Positions 56,658-64,000 of a stretch of 64,000 nucleotides of DNA are shown here, piece after piece (the stretch's first letter is position 1; every line of letters starts with the position of its first letter). Origin of the DNA: Rhodothermales bacterium (GTDB lineage Bacteria > Bacteroidota > Rhodothermia > Rhodothermales > Bin80). Location: NCBI GenBank assembly GCA_958296045.1, contig CATQHT010000001.1:885102-949101 (forward strand), in the 5' to 3' direction. A program made the translations under genes and the position numbers. The notes beneath the pieces were generated by a model that ran no database searches, was not told the origin of the DNA, and saw nothing but the letters and a program-made list of their open reading frames with translations.

Positions 56658-58961
56658 TCAGCCAAGCACGCGGAGCCTAGCATAAGCAAGCACAAGATTC
56701 TTGTGACCACGATTGTCAAACAACACGGTCGCTTCCCTCGGATCCCCTCGAAGTCCCTTGATTGAAACCACACGACCGTCGCCAAACGTGGGGTGCCTGA
56801 CACGCACTCCCGGGCGTATTTCGGCTGTGTACCTACGGCCTGATCCCACCGGAGCAGGCAGCCGTGGCGCCTTGGCTGGCATACCAAAAGCTTGACGGCG
56901 CTTCGGCGAAGAGAAGCTTCGTGCCAAACCTCCACCCAAGTGCTGCCCGCGCAACGTAGAAGTTGGATTCGCAGACGAACTCTCCCTGATTAAGTCATCA
57001 TCCAGCTCCCGCACGAATGTGCTGAGCTGGAAGCGCCTCGTTGACCCAAACATCAATCGCGACTTAGCTCGCCCAAGGTACAGATGACGCTCCGCACGCG
57101 TGATGCCCACATAAAACAGGCGCCGCTCTTCTTCTAGCTTCTTCGGGTCCGCATCCCTGAGCGCATGCGAAGACGGAAACAATTCATCCTCAAGCCCACC
57201 GATAAACACCACCTTGAATTCCAGACCCTTCGAAGCATGCAGCGTCATCAAGGTGACCTTGTTCGCCGTGTCTTTGCCCTCGTCTGCGTCCGTAAGGAGC
57301 GCGACGGACTGCAAATACGCATCCAGCGTGCCCGTCTGCATGTCTTGGGTATACTGGGCAATAGCACTAATCACCTCCTGCACATTGTCCACTTTCTTCC
57401 GTGCCAGATCCGTGCCAGTCTTGGCGATCTCAGCCAACAGACCAGACATCTTAAGCAAGTCCTTGGCGACTTCGTGCGGCGGTTCGCTGGTAAGACGAGC
57501 CTGGTGCTGGGCAATAAGACTGTGAAAGTCACCGAGCACTCTCTTCTCTCGCGCCCCGACAGGTAACTTCGGAATCCGGTTCAACGCCTCCCAAAGACTT
57601 AGCTCGTGCAAGCGGGCGTAGTCGGCCAGCTTCTCCTGGGTCCTCAAGCCAATGCAACGCCTTGGATAGTTGATGACGCGCAGGGTGCTTGAACGATCGT
57701 CGGGATTCACTAACAGGCGCAGGTAGGCCAAAGCATCCTTAACCTCCTTGCGCTGGTAAAACGAGACGCCTCCGACCACACGGTAAGGAATGCCCTCAGC
57801 ACGGAGACATTCCTCAAAGTTGCGGCTCTGCGCATTGGTACGGTACAAAATCGCGCAGTCACGATAGTCATACTGCGGCAGACTGCGGAAAGCTGCCCCG
57901 ACCCTACTGCAGTGGCCCAGAATCTTTTTGGCTGCAGCCTCCGCCTCCTCCTGACCAGTCTCCAACTCGATCAGCTCCACCGGAGCTCCTTCATCGTTGT
58001 CAGTATGGAGCGTCTTTTTGACCTGTTGCACATTGTGCTTGATAACGCGGTCCGCCAGTCGAACTATGGTGGCAGTGGAGCGGTAGTTCTGCTCCAGCAT
58101 CACGACCTTTGCCTCTGGATAGCTGTCCTTGAAATTCAGAATGTTTCTCAGATCGGCGCCACGAAACGCGTAAATGCTTTGCGCATCGTCGCCCACCACG
58201 CAGATGTTGCGGTGCTCCTGCGCAATCAGGTGCGAGAGGCGAAATTGTACCAGGTTTGTGTCCTGGTACTCATCAATATGCACATGGCGCCAGCGCCGCC
58301 GGTACTTATCTAGAATCTTGGGATGGCGTCGAAACAGCTCGAGCGGCTTAAGCAGCAGATCATCAAAATCCAGCGCATTGGCTCCATGCAGCGCCTTCTC
58401 ATACACATGATAGACCTGCGCAATCAGCTTGTTGTCTGGAGTTCTTGCATGCTGCTCGAACGCCGCCGGTGATATCATCATGTTTTTCTGCCGCGATATC
58501 ACCGCACGGATTCGCCGCGGCTCCACCCGTTTCTTGTCGATGTGCAGATCCTTGATGATCTGGCGAATCATCCGCTCCGAGTCGCCCGTGTCGTATATGG
58601 AGAATTTTGCCGTATACCCCGGAAGCCATCCGTCCCTCAGCTCCATGCGCAGCAAGCGCGCCATCACGGAATGAAATGTCCCCATTGTAATGCCACGGGT
58701 GCCGCCAGACGGCAGGAGCGCGTTGATACGGCTCTGCATCTCCCGGGCGGCCTTATTGGTGAAGGTCAGAGCAAGAATCTGTGAAGGATGCGCAGCAGCG
58801 ACAGCAATCAGGTAAGCAATACGGGACGTCAGGACACGCGTCTTGCCCGATCCGGGACCAGCAAGGATCAGAAGCGGTCCAGCCACCGTCTGGACGGCCT
58901 CTCGCTGCCTCTGATCAAGCGACTTGAGTATTTTCTCAGATTCTGGAGTGGAGCCTCCCAT
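56658..58961 (-). CDS. pcrA: ATP-dependent DNA helicase PcrA/UvrD
   Basis: LNxxQ-like LDQRQREAV, Walker A AGPGSGKTRVLT, DEYQDTN, and the full set of UvrD motifs. ATG 58961 chosen; an alternative TTG lies at 58979. Confidence 0.9.
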   Translation of the reverse strand: MGGSTPESEKILKSLDQRQREAVQTVAGPLLILAGPGSGKTRVLTSRIAYLIAVAAAHPSQILALTFTNKAAREMQSRINALLPSGGTRGITMGTFHSVMARLLRMELRDGWLPGYTAKFSIYDTGDSERMIRQIIKDLHIDKKRVEPRRIRAVISRQKNMMISPAAFEQHARTPDNKLIAQVYHVYEKALHGANALDFDDLLLKPLELFRRHPKILDKYRRRWRHVHIDEYQDTNLVQFRLSHLIAQEHRNICVVGDDAQSIYAFRGADLRNILNFKDSYPEAKVVMLEQNYRSTATIVRLADRVIKHNVQQVKKTLHTDNDEGAPVELIELETGQEEAEAAAKKILGHCSRVGAAFRSLPQYDYRDCAILYRTNAQSRNFEECLRAEGIPYRVVGGVSFYQRKEVKDALAYLRLLVNPDDRSSTLRVINYPRRCIGLRTQEKLADYARLHELSLWEALNRIPKLPVGAREKRVLGDFHSLIAQHQARLTSEPPHEVAKDLLKMSGLLAEIAKTGTDLARKKVDNVQEVISAIAQYTQDMQTGTLDAYLQSVALLTDADEGKDTANKVTLMTLHASKGLEFKVVFIGGLEDELFPSSHALRDADPKKLEEERRLFYVGITRAERHLYLGRAKSRLMFGSTRRFQLSTFVRELDDDLIRESSSANPTSTLRGQHLGGGLARSFSSPKRRQAFGMPAKAPRLPAPVGSGRRYTAEIRPGVRVRHPTFGDGRVVSIKGLRGDPREATVLFDNRGHKNLVLAYARLRVLG

Positions 58962-59089
58962 GTTCACTGTTGGCTTCAATGGCGGTGCGCTTCCTTCTGG
59001 CCGGTGCGCTTCGGCCGCGCAGAAACGTCAAGATATGCCTTCACTGCGTATAATATAATGAGCCGTCCAGCGTCGTCGATATAGTATTG

Positions 59090-60445
59090 ATGGACATCCT
59101 CCTTGACATTGCTCGAGCCGTGTTCGGTCTGTGCGTCATCCTTGGCGTTGCCTACCTTGTGTCCGAGCATCGTCGGTCGGTATCGCTTGGAATGATTTGC
59201 TGGGGCGTAGGGTTGCAGCTGCTACTGGCTGTGTTGATCCTCAAAGGAGGGGACATGGGAGCTGTGTGGGCTCCCCTGGGATGGCCCAAGGCAGCATTTG
59301 CCTGGGTCAGCTCTGGCTTTGTTCACATTCTCGGCTTTACTGCTGCCGGCGCTGAATTCATCTTTGGCGACCTCGCACGCTCACCCACCGAAGGCATGCC
59401 GCCGGGGACGCCCTTGGTTACCGGCCAGAGCTGGGGAAACGCGTTTGCCTTTCAAGTGTTACCGACGATCATCTTTTTCGGATCCCTGATGGCCGTGCTG
59501 TATCACCTGGGTGTCATGCAGCGCGTAGTAGGAGCTATGGCCTACCTGGTTCGGAAGATGCTGGGTACTAGTGGCGCCGAGTCGCTCTCGGCGGTGGCCA
59601 ACATCTTTGTCGGTCAGACCGAGGCGCCCCTGGTTATTCGGCCCTATCTCAAAGGTATGACGCGCTCGGAGGTGATGGCGGTAATGACCGGCGGTATGGC
59701 CACGATTGCCGGCGGCGTGATGGCTGCGTATATCCTGTTTCTTGGGGCCTCGTTTGCCGCTGCCGAAGGCATCACACTGGCTGCCGGGCAGCTCCGCTTT
59801 GCCGAGCACCTGTTGGGCGCAAGCCTGATGGCAGCGCCCGCCGCTCTTGTAATCGCTAAGGTGATGGTGCCCGAGACAGGCATCCCCGCCACTTTGGACA
59901 GAAGTGCTAAGGCTCCCGTCTCCGAAGCTAAGAACGTGCTGGATGCTGCTGCCTCGGGCGCCGGCGACGGACTCAAGCTCGCTCTCAACATCGCTGCCAT
60001 GCTGATCGCCTTCGTGGCACTTATCGCGATGCTTGATTTCTTTCTCGGGTGGATTAGCGGACTTTTCGGCCAGGAGCTGACGCTCGGCCAAGTGCTCGGA
60101 TGGGTGTTCGCCCCTGTAGCCTGGGGCATGGGTGTCCCCTGGGAAGATGTCACCAAATTCGGTTCGCTGGTCGGGATATCTATTGTAGCCAACGAGTTTG
60201 TCGCGTACCTGCAGTTAGCAGGCGAGATCACCGCAGGTGACCTTAACCCGAAAACGGTAGTGATGGCCACGTTTGCACTCTGCGGATTTGCCAACTTCTC
60301 CTCGATTGCCATCATGATCGGAGGGATTGGCCCCCTGGCGCCTGAGCACAAGCCGCTCCTGGCTGCGCTTGGACCCAAAGCCGTACTTGCAGGTACGCTC
60401 GCAAACCTCATGACGGCAACGATCGCCGGAGTGCTCGCCGTCTAG
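59090..60445 (+). CDS. nupC: NupC/NupG-family concentrative nucleoside transporter
   Basis: NIFVGQTEAPLVIRPYL and GFANFSSIAIMIGG signatures; multi-TM. Confidence 0.9.
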   Translation: MDILLDIARAVFGLCVILGVAYLVSEHRRSVSLGMICWGVGLQLLLAVLILKGGDMGAVWAPLGWPKAAFAWVSSGFVHILGFTAAGAEFIFGDLARSPTEGMPPGTPLVTGQSWGNAFAFQVLPTIIFFGSLMAVLYHLGVMQRVVGAMAYLVRKMLGTSGAESLSAVANIFVGQTEAPLVIRPYLKGMTRSEVMAVMTGGMATIAGGVMAAYILFLGASFAAAEGITLAAGQLRFAEHLLGASLMAAPAALVIAKVMVPETGIPATLDRSAKAPVSEAKNVLDAAASGAGDGLKLALNIAAMLIAFVALIAMLDFFLGWISGLFGQELTLGQVLGWVFAPVAWGMGVPWEDVTKFGSLVGISIVANEFVAYLQLAGEITAGDLNPKTVVMATFALCGFANFSSIAIMIGGIGPLAPEHKPLLAALGPKAVLAGTLANLMTATIAGVLAV

Positions 60446-60607
60446 TCTCAGAGGTCGTGGCCGCATGTCATTTTGATGCATAGATTGGACTGTTTCCGCA
60501 CGCTGTCTGGAATTCGGGAGCGCAGGGGCTCCTCGCTTAATGAATCACTTTAACTACACCGCTATGTCTGCACGTTTCAGTGTAATTCCTATAGACAGGA
60601 CGGCCCA

Positions 60608-61177
60608 TTGAAGCGATCAGATCGGCATCCACTGAGTGATGGCGCGGACGGTCAGCTGACGGAGCGCATCAAGGCCTCCGATCAACGTGCCTTCGGAGAA
60701 CTGGTTGACAGCATGGAAATCCAACTCATCCGACTTGCGGTTCGCTACACCGGCCAGGGCAAGCTGGAGGATGCCAAGGATATCGTGCAGGAGGCGTGGG
60801 CGAATCTGTGGGAGAAGCGGCACACGTTGGATTCCAAGCGTACCGTCAGGGGGTTGATTTACACGATGGTGCAGAACCTGTCTATCAACTTTTACAAACG
60901 TAAGCAGAGGCGTGCTGGAGAGCCCCTGCCCGCGCACGGGGTCCCTGACCTCGATGTGTTGGCCGACAAGCTGCTAGATGACAAGATTGTTCGCAAGCAT
61001 ATGGCGCGTTGGGTGGAGGATCTGACCCCTTTGCGCAGGACGGCTTTCGTTCTCAGCCGAGTCGATGGGCTGACCCATAAGCAGATCGCCAAGAAAATGG
61101 GGATTAAGCCCGCTACCGTGAATAGTCACATCACGGCTGCGCTAAAGGAGCTGCGCCTCCGCTTCAATGAACTGTAA
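60608..61177 (+). CDS. ECF sigma factor (FecI-like)
   Basis: Region 2 (AKDIVQEAWANLW) and region 4 HTH (LTHKQIAKKMGIKPATVNSHI). The TTG start is uncertain. Confidence 0.8.
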   Translation: MKRSDRHPLSDGADGQLTERIKASDQRAFGELVDSMEIQLIRLAVRYTGQGKLEDAKDIVQEAWANLWEKRHTLDSKRTVRGLIYTMVQNLSINFYKRKQRRAGEPLPAHGVPDLDVLADKLLDDKIVRKHMARWVEDLTPLRRTAFVLSRVDGLTHKQIAKKMGIKPATVNSHITAALKELRLRFNEL

Positions 61178-61189
61178 TTTCATGGTGTC

Positions 61190-62170
61190 ATGACGTACAG
61201 AAACGGCCATAACCTGCCGCCGTCTAAGGCTAGGTCGGAAATCCCTCCAGACCGGCTGGCGTTGATTTCCAGCGAGGTGATAGCCGGAATACCGCTTGCC
61301 GGTGCGGCCGAAGCGCGGCTGCCGGAACTGGCACGGAAAATTCGCGTGCATCTGCAGAGCATCGGGGCCTTGCCACAGGAGCGCCGGACCATGCGGCGCC
61401 TACGCCTAGCCCGCCCGCGCATGCCTCGTATTGTGCCCCTGCGTCCGTCATTGGGCTATGGCGCTATCGCGGCATGCGTCCTCGTGCTCGTGGCCATTGG
61501 GATCACCCTGGATAACAACACCATCAACGCTCCTTACGGAAATCAGCTGACGCAGACTTTGTCCGATGGTACGACGCTAACGCTAAATGCTGGCACGAAG
61601 GTACGGGTAGCGCGCGACTACAACGGGGACTCACGCACCGTGAAGCTGATGCGTGGCGAGGTAATGTTTGACGTTACCGAAAGCGCGGTGCCGTTCGTGG
61701 TCAGCACAGACCATGGCATAGTAGAGGTGCTGGGAACCACGTTTGGTGTCAGAAGCTGGCCCACAGATGCTGAGAATTATACGGCGGTGGCCGTGACATC
61801 CGGCCATGTGCGGGTGACCGCCAGAGCCGGCGAAGCGCATGTCCTGGAAGCGGGCGACGCGGCGCGCCTGTCTGGCAGAGGCTTCACCAGCGTGGATCGC
61901 ATGACGTCAGAGGTGGAGCATCAGGTCTCATGGGTGGACAAAGACTTTAAATTCTCCGACCACCTTACCGGTGACATCCTCGAAGAGCTGGAGCGACGGT
62001 ACGACATTGACATCACCGTTGAGGTCGAGAACTTGGAAAAGACCCGCAGTGGCATACTTTTGGAGAGTCCTTCGGGACCAGAACGGATCCTTGAGGACCT
62101 TTGCGAATTACACGACTGCAGATTTATTGCCAATCCCGACGGCAGATTTTTCCGGATCGTGCCGCGGTAA
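61190..62170 (+). CDS. FecR-family anti-sigma/sensor protein
   Basis: One TM segment, then a FecR domain (TLSDGTTLTLNAGTKVRV...GEVMFDVT...V.T..G.VEVLGTTFGVR). Confidence 0.85.
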   Translation: MTYRNGHNLPPSKARSEIPPDRLALISSEVIAGIPLAGAAEARLPELARKIRVHLQSIGALPQERRTMRRLRLARPRMPRIVPLRPSLGYGAIAACVLVLVAIGITLDNNTINAPYGNQLTQTLSDGTTLTLNAGTKVRVARDYNGDSRTVKLMRGEVMFDVTESAVPFVVSTDHGIVEVLGTTFGVRSWPTDAENYTAVAVTSGHVRVTARAGEAHVLEAGDAARLSGRGFTSVDRMTSEVEHQVSWVDKDFKFSDHLTGDILEELERRYDIDITVEVENLEKTRSGILLESPSGPERILEDLCELHDCRFIANPDGRFFRIVPR

Positions 62171-62232
62171 GGCAAACTTGTCGCGGGTGCGAGGGCCTGG
62201 TCCGGGGGCAGCACTCCCCGCACTAGGCTTTC

Positions 62233-64000
62233 TTGTTTGTGCTGCTCCAGTCTGCCATCCTGAGGTGGGGTATCCTCGGCATCGCCGCTGCCATGTGCAT
62301 CCACAGTGCACATGCGCAGTCGCGAACCAGCTACTATACTTCACTCCATGATGCGCTGGTAGACTTTCAAGTCCACTGGAGTGTCAACCTAGCGTACGAT
62401 GCCAGCCTTGTAGAGAACCGTTGGACCATCTGGGCCAGCCCGGAAAGTGCTGACCCTGAAGAAGATCTGGCTGCGCTCCTCGTCGGCACCGGTGTGGTGG
62501 CCCGCCGCCTGGAGAGCGGCACCTTCAGCCTGATGTTGGCGCCGACGCTGCGTAGCACGGTGGTCGGTACAGTTATTGACGCGTACACGCGCCTGCCGTT
62601 GCGCCAGGCCAACGTGGTAATCCTAGGCACACCCTTGGGCGTCGCGACCGACGCAGAAGGCAGGTTCGAGATTCCCAGGGTACTGGCTGGCCACCTACTA
62701 CTGCGGGTCAGCTATGTAGGCTATGCGGCCCATACAGATACGCTGATACTCGCTCCAGGCACGCGCAAGACCGTGACCGTGGCGCTCGTTCCCAACGCGA
62801 TCGAGTTCGCAGCAGTGGAAATCTGGGATACCCCGATCGCTATGACGCCTCGCCTCCGCAAGCTTAATGCGGTAGAAGGAGCTATGCTGACCACCGTGGC
62901 CGGGCTGGGGACCGTGGATGCTGTCCGCAGCATTGGGCGTGTACCCGGCGTGGCGCTTGACGACAAGACGGCCAACTTTCACATTCAGGGAGGCGGACAG
63001 GGCGATCACCAGTTTGTGCTTGACGGAAGCAAAGTATTCGAACCCGTGCAGCAGTTCGGCCTTATCGGCAGCTTCAATGCCTTTGCGCTGGACAACATTG
63101 AGGTGCACAAGGCGGGGTTCGGTGCTCCCGAGGGCAGCTACCTGTCCGGCGTGATCCATGCTGATCATGCGCTGACCGACACCAGCGGGATGCCTGTGGA
63201 TGCGTACTTGGATCCTCTCAGCTTCAACGCGCGTGTCAACTACTCCTTCACGGGGCGCGACGACCTTAGTGCGACCGTTATGGCGGCGTTTCGAACAAGT
63301 GTGTGGGATGGCTGGTGGTCCAGCATCCGGAGCGGGAGCATCAATCAGCTTCTTCTGGACTGGAATGAGCCGGACATCTTCCTTCTCAGGGCCAGTATGT
63401 ACCCGCTGAAGAAGCTGCGCCCCGACCTTTACAAGCCCGTGGTCGATCGCCTCACTCATGTGCCTCCGCCAGCGCTGCCCGACATCGTTTTCAACGATAT
63501 CCATGTGGCGGGAGAGTTGCGGTTTCGGGACGGCAGCCTAAACGGTTCCTACTATCGGGGCGGCAACCGGCTGCAGGGGCGTCACCTTATCGCGTCGATC
63601 CTGGTCGATGACGAGTCAATACCGCGGCCCGACACATACGACTGGATCAATCAGGCTGGCCAGCTTACTTGGTTTACCGAACCGTCACCAGGACTGTCGC
63701 TGACTGCCAGGATCCGGGGCAGTAGCTACAGGCTCAACCACAAGTATGCTGGTCTGGATCGCCAGAATGCACGGGTCATTCCATTCGGTAACCGCCTCTT
63801 TATCGACCTAGCACCGGCAGAAGACGGCAACAGAATCCAGGAGCTTGGCATAGAAACGGTAGTAGAGGCCTCCCATGGCGGCGGCACGCTGGCTGCCTCT
63901 TTGGACTACATGCTGAGCGATCACCGCTTTATCGTTCGCAGCATCTTCCCGCAGGGTATCCTGCACCAGCGCCGAACCTCGAGTCTGGCTTTGTATCTGG
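62233..64000 (+). CDS. TonB-dependent receptor with N-terminal STN signalling domain, 3' end outside the window
   Basis: My own translation of the frame opening after TAG 62224-62226. It shows a signal peptide ..CIHSAHAQ, an STN-like SLHDALVDFQVHWSVNLAYD, a CarboxypepD_reg TVVGTVIDAYTRLPLRQANVVILG and a plug FHIQGGGQGDHQFVLDGSKVFEP. The frame is open to position 64000. It is absent from the ORF track because no stop is reached. Confidence 0.8.
   Translation, partial: MFVLLQSAILRWGILGIAAAMCIHSAHAQSRTSYYTSLHDALVDFQVHWSVNLAYDASLVENRWTIWASPESADPEEDLAALLVGTGVVARRLESGTFSLMLAPTLRSTVVGTVIDAYTRLPLRQANVVILGTPLGVATDAEGRFEIPRVLAGHLLLRVSYVGYAAHTDTLILAPGTRKTVTVALVPNAIEFAAVEIWDTPIAMTPRLRKLNAVEGAMLTTVAGLGTVDAVRSIGRVPGVALDDKTANFHIQGGGQGDHQFVLDGSKVFEPVQQFGLIGSFNAFALDNIEVHKAGFGAPEGSYLSGVIHADHALTDTSGMPVDAYLDPLSFNARVNYSFTGRDDLSATVMAAFRTSVWDGWWSSIRSGSINQLLLDWNEPDIFLLRASMYPLKKLRPDLYKPVVDRLTHVPPPALPDIVFNDIHVAGELRFRDGSLNGSYYRGGNRLQGRHLIASILVDDESIPRPDTYDWINQAGQLTWFTEPSPGLSLTARIRGSSYRLNHKYAGLDRQNARVIPFGNRLFIDLAPAEDGNRIQELGIETVVEASHGGGTLAASLDYMLSDHRFIVRSIFPQGILHQRRTSSLALYL

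Noticed and set aside
59459-60411. Long minus-strand ORFs (210 and 255 aa) opposite nupC. Similar antisense ORFs lie opposite the hydroxyproline dehydratase (10333..11016), the Spy-like gene (2324..3143), the IS66 tnpC (19771..20418), mlaF (42346..42999) and the PKS.
   Set aside because: These are typical GC-rich antisense open frames. They have no motifs, and the opposite strand carries strong family signatures.
62698-63504. A 268-aa minus-strand ORF
   Set aside because: It is antisense to a clearly recognisable TonB-dependent receptor frame (STN, CarboxypepD_reg and plug motifs) that is missing from the track only because it runs off the window.
1-64000. CRISPR arrays, tRNA genes and rRNA genes
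   Set aside because: I saw no regularly spaced direct repeats and no tRNA- or rRNA-like sequences. The only tandem repeats are the two short in-frame ones inside IS66 tnpC.

Overview
A GC-rich chromosomal segment, about 60% GC by eye. The gene content looks like Bacteroidota/Rhodothermia (CarboxypepD_reg-type outer-membrane barrels, a FecI/FecR/TonB-receptor trio, a 6-bladed beta-propeller lipoprotein); this taxonomic placement is inference only. Backbone genes include an M1 aminopeptidase, a trans-3-hydroxyproline dehydratase with an OCD-family reductase, mnmA, an SDR, ridA, an ECF sigma/anti-sigma operon, radA, mlaEFD, an HD-domain gene, DUF445, dusB, an NPP-type phosphodiesterase, pcrA/uvrD and nupC. 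The accessory content is heavy. It comprises a complete IS66 element with an 8-bp target duplication, a decayed IS66 remnant, an ISAzo13 element, an IS1595 transposase pseudogene and a TnpB-type (IS200/IS605 OrfB) gene. The most notable observation is two diverged copies of a 705-nt ORF-less group II intron. One splits the M1 aminopeptidase gene in sense orientation, and removing it restores a single in-frame 721-codon ORF. The other splits the tnpB-like gene, also in sense. No intron-encoded reverse transcriptase lies in the window. The second locus of interest is a 2329-aa FAS-like reducing type I PKS (KS-AT-DH-pseudoMT-ER-KR-ACP) followed by a fused thioester-reductase/sulfotransferase protein, with the IS66 element inserted about 0.5 kb upstream. 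I recognised no rRNA, tRNA or CRISPR array. All calls rest on reading the ORF translations and the nucleotide sequence by eye; no searches were run.
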